A stretch of 64,000 nt of DNA, taken from Gammaproteobacteria bacterium. GTDB taxonomy: Bacteria > Pseudomonadota > Gammaproteobacteria > Pseudomonadales > UBA5518. This document shows, one piece after another, positions 60,939 to 64,000 of the stretch. Position 1 is the first letter of the stretch. Each line of letters begins with the position of its first letter. A program made the position numbers and the translations under genes. The stretch lies in the NCBI GenBank assembly GCA_016705365.1, contig JADIYI010000005.1, positions 320,280-384,279 of the forward strand, written 5' to 3'. The notes below the pieces were generated by a model. The model was not told where the DNA came from. It saw only the letters and a list, made by a program, of their open reading frames with translations, and did not search any database.

Positions 60939-62402
60939 GTGGAAGATTTTGATGTTTGCGTGATCGGCGCGGGTTATGGCGGAGCAACGGTTGCCGCCTT
61001 GCTGGCACATGCGGGCTGGCGCGTCGCGCTGGTCGAGAAAACGGCGCGGGCGGGCGGCAAGACCCAGACCACCGAGCGCAAGGGATATCACTTCGAGATG
61101 TTCGGGGCGGTGGGCATTCCGGCGCACAATTCGCGCTTCCACGAATTGGTGGAACTGCTCGGGCTGGGCGACAGGGTGCACTTCGTGGTGCCCGAGGGCA
61201 ATGCCGCCTCGGTGCGCTACAAGGCGACCGATGGCGAGTGGCGCACGATGTACGCACCGCTGATCGCCAGTGGCAGCGCCGGGGAAATGGAGAGCCTGAA
61301 GCGCGTGTACGGGGTGAATGATGTCGAGTTGGGAGCGCTGGCGGCGTTTTACGTTGCGCTGTTCGCGGTGGATGATGCGGCGCTCGCCGAACTCGAGAAC
61401 ACCGGGATGCTTGGCTGGATGGCGCAGTTCGATCTTGCCGCGCCGCTGCTGAGCCAGATCTGCATGAACCTGAATACCCTGTTCGTGGTGCCGGTGAACC
61501 GGCTCGCGGCCTCGGAGGCGATCCCGGTGCTGCGCGCCCAGGCGCTGGGTGGCGCGGGGCGCTACCACATGGGCGGTTACGGCCGCGTGGCCGAGGCCTG
61601 CGCGGATTATGTGACGGCGCATGGCGGTGCCTACTTCACCAAGCGGCGGGTGCGGCGAATCGTGATCGAGAACGGTCGCACCAGCGGCGTCGAAACCGAT
61701 GACGGTGTGATCCGGGCGCGCGTGGTGGTCTCCAATGCGGGCATCCAGCCGACGGTCCTCGATCTCGCGGGTGCGGCCAGCTTCCCGCCGGAGTACGTGC
61801 AGCGAGTCGAGCGGCTCGAGCCGAGCTGGGCGATTGCCGGATATCGCTACGTGCTGGATGCGCGGGTGTTCGATGCGGCACTGATCCCGGTGTTTTCCGA
61901 CCAGAGCTGGCTCGATGACGAGCGCTTCGCGCGGATGGAACGTGGTGAGTGGCCCGATGTTCCGTTGATCGCGATCGACGTGGCATCCGAGTTCGACGCC
62001 TCGCTGGTCCCGGTGCCGGGGCACCAGGTGGCGAACTGCCAGGTGTTCTGCTCTGCCGATCCCCGGTCCACGATGTGGGAGGAAGCGATCCGGCGGGCCG
62101 ATGACATCCTGAACGAGCTATGGCCCGAACTGAAGAACCACATTCTGCGCAAGGAGCCCTACGGGCCAAAGCAGGTGTCGGGAATGAGCCGTGATTCAGC
62201 CGTACCCGGGGCCGGCGGCGAGGCGGTGGGCATCGCCCAGGTGGTGGGGCAGGTGGGACGCGACAAGCCTGCGGCGCGTACGCCGTTGCCGGGCCTGTAC
62301 CTGGTCGGGTGCGATGCCGGAGGCAGCGGCTCCGGAACCCACCAGGCGGTGGATTCCGGATTCCGTGTTGCGCAGATGATCGACGCGGATCTGCGGGCCT
62401 GA
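60939..62402 (+). CDS. NAD(P)/FAD-dependent oxidoreductase, phytoene-desaturase (CrtI)-like
   Basis: 487 aa. GTG start with AAGGAG at 60925-60930. 'FDVCVIGAGYGGATVAALLAHAGWRVALVEKTARAGGK' dinucleotide fold. C-terminal 'LYLVGCDAGGSGSGTHQA'. Confidence 0.85.
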   Translation: MEDFDVCVIGAGYGGATVAALLAHAGWRVALVEKTARAGGKTQTTERKGYHFEMFGAVGIPAHNSRFHELVELLGLGDRVHFVVPEGNAASVRYKATDGEWRTMYAPLIASGSAGEMESLKRVYGVNDVELGALAAFYVALFAVDDAALAELENTGMLGWMAQFDLAAPLLSQICMNLNTLFVVPVNRLAASEAIPVLRAQALGGAGRYHMGGYGRVAEACADYVTAHGGAYFTKRRVRRIVIENGRTSGVETDDGVIRARVVVSNAGIQPTVLDLAGAASFPPEYVQRVERLEPSWAIAGYRYVLDARVFDAALIPVFSDQSWLDDERFARMERGEWPDVPLIAIDVASEFDASLVPVPGHQVANCQVFCSADPRSTMWEEAIRRADDILNELWPELKNHILRKEPYGPKQVSGMSRDSAVPGAGGEAVGIAQVVGQVGRDKPAARTPLPGLYLVGCDAGGSGSGTHQAVDSGFRVAQMIDADLRA

Positions 62403-62411
62403 GCGCTTCGC

Positions 62412-64000
62412 TCAGGATTGCTGCTCGCGCTGGCGGTGGATCTCGGCCGAGGTGAACGCGCTCATGTTGAATATGCCGCGGGGCGATACCGAGGGAATCA
62501 CCACGTGCGCGGGCTTGCTGAAGCCGGTGAAGAACGGTCCGATCAGCAAGGCATCGGTGAGCGAGCGGATGATTCCGAGCGCGATATTCGCCGCGTCGAG
62601 GTTCGGCATCACCAGCAGATTGGCGCTGCCACTGAGATTGGCGTCCGGAAAGATGGTCTTGCGCAGCTGCTCGTTCATTGCGGTGTAGGCATGCATCTCG
62701 CCATCGATCTCCACCTCGGGGTGCGCCTCGCGCAGGACCCGCGCGGCAGAGCGCATTTTCAGCGCACTCGGGTACTGCGAGGTGCCGAAATTCGAGTGTG
62801 CCAGCAGCGCGACTTTCGGCGTAACCCCGAAATGGCGTACCAGGTCGATACTGGCGAGCGTGGTCTGGATGATCTGCTCCTCGCTCGGGTCGGGTGTCAG
62901 GAAGGCATCAGTCAGAAACAACGGTCCGCTCGGCAACAGCAGCGCGCACAACGATGACACGTGCTGTGCGGGATCGCCCGGTCCGAACGCACCGCGCACC
63001 GTGCGCAGATGATCCGCGAACACCCCGACCTTGCCGCAGATCATGCCGTCGGCCTCGCCCAGTTCGACCAGCACCGTCGCCAGCGCGGAGGCATTCGATC
63101 GCATCGCCATCCTGGCCGCGGCAACCGACACGCCCTGGCGCCCGACCATGCCGTGATAACACTCCCAGTAGCGCGGGTTGGTGTCGGCTTCCTGCGGATC
63201 GACGACGAGCACGTCGCGGCCGATCTCGAGATGCATCGACAGCTTGTCCATACGTGCGCGGATCTCGGTCGTACGCCCGATGAGAATCGGCTGGGCAACG
63301 CCTTCGTCCACGACCGATTTGACCGCCAGCAACACGTCCTCGTTTTCGCCTTCGGCGTAGACGATGCGTGCCTGGTGCTTGCGCGCGATGTCGATGAAAG
63401 GCTGCATGAACAGCCCGGAACGATTCACGAATTCGTGGAGCTTGCGGCGGTAGGCTTCCAGATCCTCGATCGGGCGGGTTGCGACACCGCTCTCCATCGC
63501 CGCTTTAACCACCGCAAGTGGTACGTCCTCGATCAGGCGCGGGTCGAAGGGCTTCGGAATCAGGTACTCGGGGCCGAATTTCAGCGTTTCGCCGGCGTAG
63601 GCCAGCATGACTTCGTTCGGTACCTCCTTCTCGGCGAGTCCGGCGATCGCCTTGACGCAAGCGGCCTTCATCGCATCGTTGATGGTGCTCGCGCCGCAAT
63701 CGAGCGCGCCGCGGAACATGAACGGAAAACACAGCACGTTGTTTACCTGGTTCGGATAATCCGATCGTCCCGTGGCCAGTATTGCGTCGGGACGCGCCGC
63801 CAGGGCTTCCTCGGGCATGATCTCCGGGGTGGGATTGGCCATCGCGAGGATCAGCGGATGGGGCGCCATCTTCCTGACGGATTCGGCTTTCAGCACGCCC
63901 GGGCCCGACAGGCCCATGAAGATATCCGCGCCATCCATCGCCTCGTCGAGCGTGCGCAGGGGGGTTTCGCGCGCGTACTTCTGCTTCCACGGGTTCATGC
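62412..64000 (-). CDS. maeB: NADP-dependent malic enzyme (malic-enzyme plus PTA-like domain), 5' end outside the window
   Basis: The reverse-strand ORF runs to the window edge. 'GRSDYPNQVNNVLCFPFMFRGALD', 'FGPEYLIPKPFDPRLI', 'ESGVATRPI', 'GEADGMICG' and 'LLAHSNFG' align closely with E. coli MaeB from about residue 230 to the end. Confidence 0.9.
   Translation of the reverse strand, partial: MNPWKQKYARETPLRTLDEAMDGADIFMGLSGPGVLKAESVRKMAPHPLILAMANPTPEIMPEEALAARPDAILATGRSDYPNQVNNVLCFPFMFRGALDCGASTINDAMKAACVKAIAGLAEKEVPNEVMLAYAGETLKFGPEYLIPKPFDPRLIEDVPLAVVKAAMESGVATRPIEDLEAYRRKLHEFVNRSGLFMQPFIDIARKHQARIVYAEGENEDVLLAVKSVVDEGVAQPILIGRTTEIRARMDKLSMHLEIGRDVLVVDPQEADTNPRYWECYHGMVGRQGVSVAAARMAMRSNASALATVLVELGEADGMICGKVGVFADHLRTVRGAFGPGDPAQHVSSLCALLLPSGPLFLTDAFLTPDPSEEQIIQTTLASIDLVRHFGVTPKVALLAHSNFGTSQYPSALKMRSAARVLREAHPEVEIDGEMHAYTAMNEQLRKTIFPDANLSGSANLLVMPNLDAANIALGIIRSLTDALLIGPFFTGFSKPAHVVIPSVSPRGIFNMSAFTSAEIHRQREQQS

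Noticed and set aside
62399-62415. Hairpin CTGAGCG-ctt-CGCTCAG between the convergent CrtI-like and maeB genes as a bidirectional terminator. The similar 7-bp stem at 40159-40177 was considered too.
   Set aside because: The stems are only 7 bp with no flanking U-tracts. The first overlaps both stop codons. This is too weak to call as a terminator.
1-64000. A defence island, prophage, integrative element, secretion or injection system, or biosynthetic gene cluster as the undescribed system.
   Set aside because: I found no integrase, recombinase, phage structural gene, helicase/nuclease/ATPase defence signature, reverse transcriptase, Cas protein, PKS/NRPS or RiPP gene on either strand. The window is metabolic and transport in character.

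Overview
This is a high-G+C proteobacterial chromosomal segment, dense with about 57 protein-coding genes plus several gene remnants. I found no rRNA, tRNA, CRISPR array, intact IS element, integrase, prophage or recognisable defence system.

**Blocks along the window**
- A (1-20.4 kb): a DeoR-headed, translationally coupled sugar-oxidation operon, followed by a TonB-dependent receptor, a large GH106-like hydrolase, small redox genes and a GH43 lipoprotein. Together these look like a proteobacterial glycan-utilisation locus.
- B (20.5-26.1 kb): a VOC/unknown-protein pair, a gene graveyard (esterase and acyl-CoA-ligase remnants), an acyl-CoA dehydrogenase with a MaoC-like hydratase, and two small envelope proteins.
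- C (26.1-35.7 kb): a compositionally mosaic accessory stretch.
  - It holds SDR, APH-like kinase, crotonase and MaoC genes.
  - A single low-G+C OafA-type acyltransferase is bracketed by 281-bp direct repeats of the MaoC 3' end.
  - It also holds an SLC13 permease with an in-frame (AAGGAC)6 microsatellite, and Ser/Thr-kinase and gmhA remnants.
- D (35.7-44.0 kb): a second copy of the Tat small subunit/GMC flavoprotein/ThuA-like module, an IS200/IS605 tnpA scar, and ABM, SDR, HMG-CoA-lyase and phosphoesterase genes.
- E (44.0-56.1 kb): a catabolic cluster encoding a TetR-family regulator. It contains a P450, an extradiol dioxygenase, beta-oxidation-like genes, a thiolase and a fused indolepyruvate:ferredoxin-oxidoreductase-family protein. 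It also contains an HMG-CoA-synthase-like/DUF35 fusion in which all three catalytic residues appear substituted.
- F (56.2-64 kb): a Zn-ADH, a sulfotransferase, GFA, GNAT and CrtI-like oxidoreductase genes, and a 5'-truncated maeB.

**Candidates for new biology**
1. The twice-occurring periplasmic module (membrane-anchored ThuA-like protein + Tat small subunit + 4-Cys GMC flavoprotein), which has no cytochrome c subunit beside it.
2. The catalytically dead HMGCS-DUF35 fusion, translationally coupled to an SCP-x-type thiolase.
3. The repeat-bracketed single-gene acyltransferase cassette.

None of these is proven.

**Limits**
Family calls come from motif recognition by eye. Coordinates come from the supplied ORF track plus manual start-codon choice. 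G+C statements are visual estimates, not computed values.
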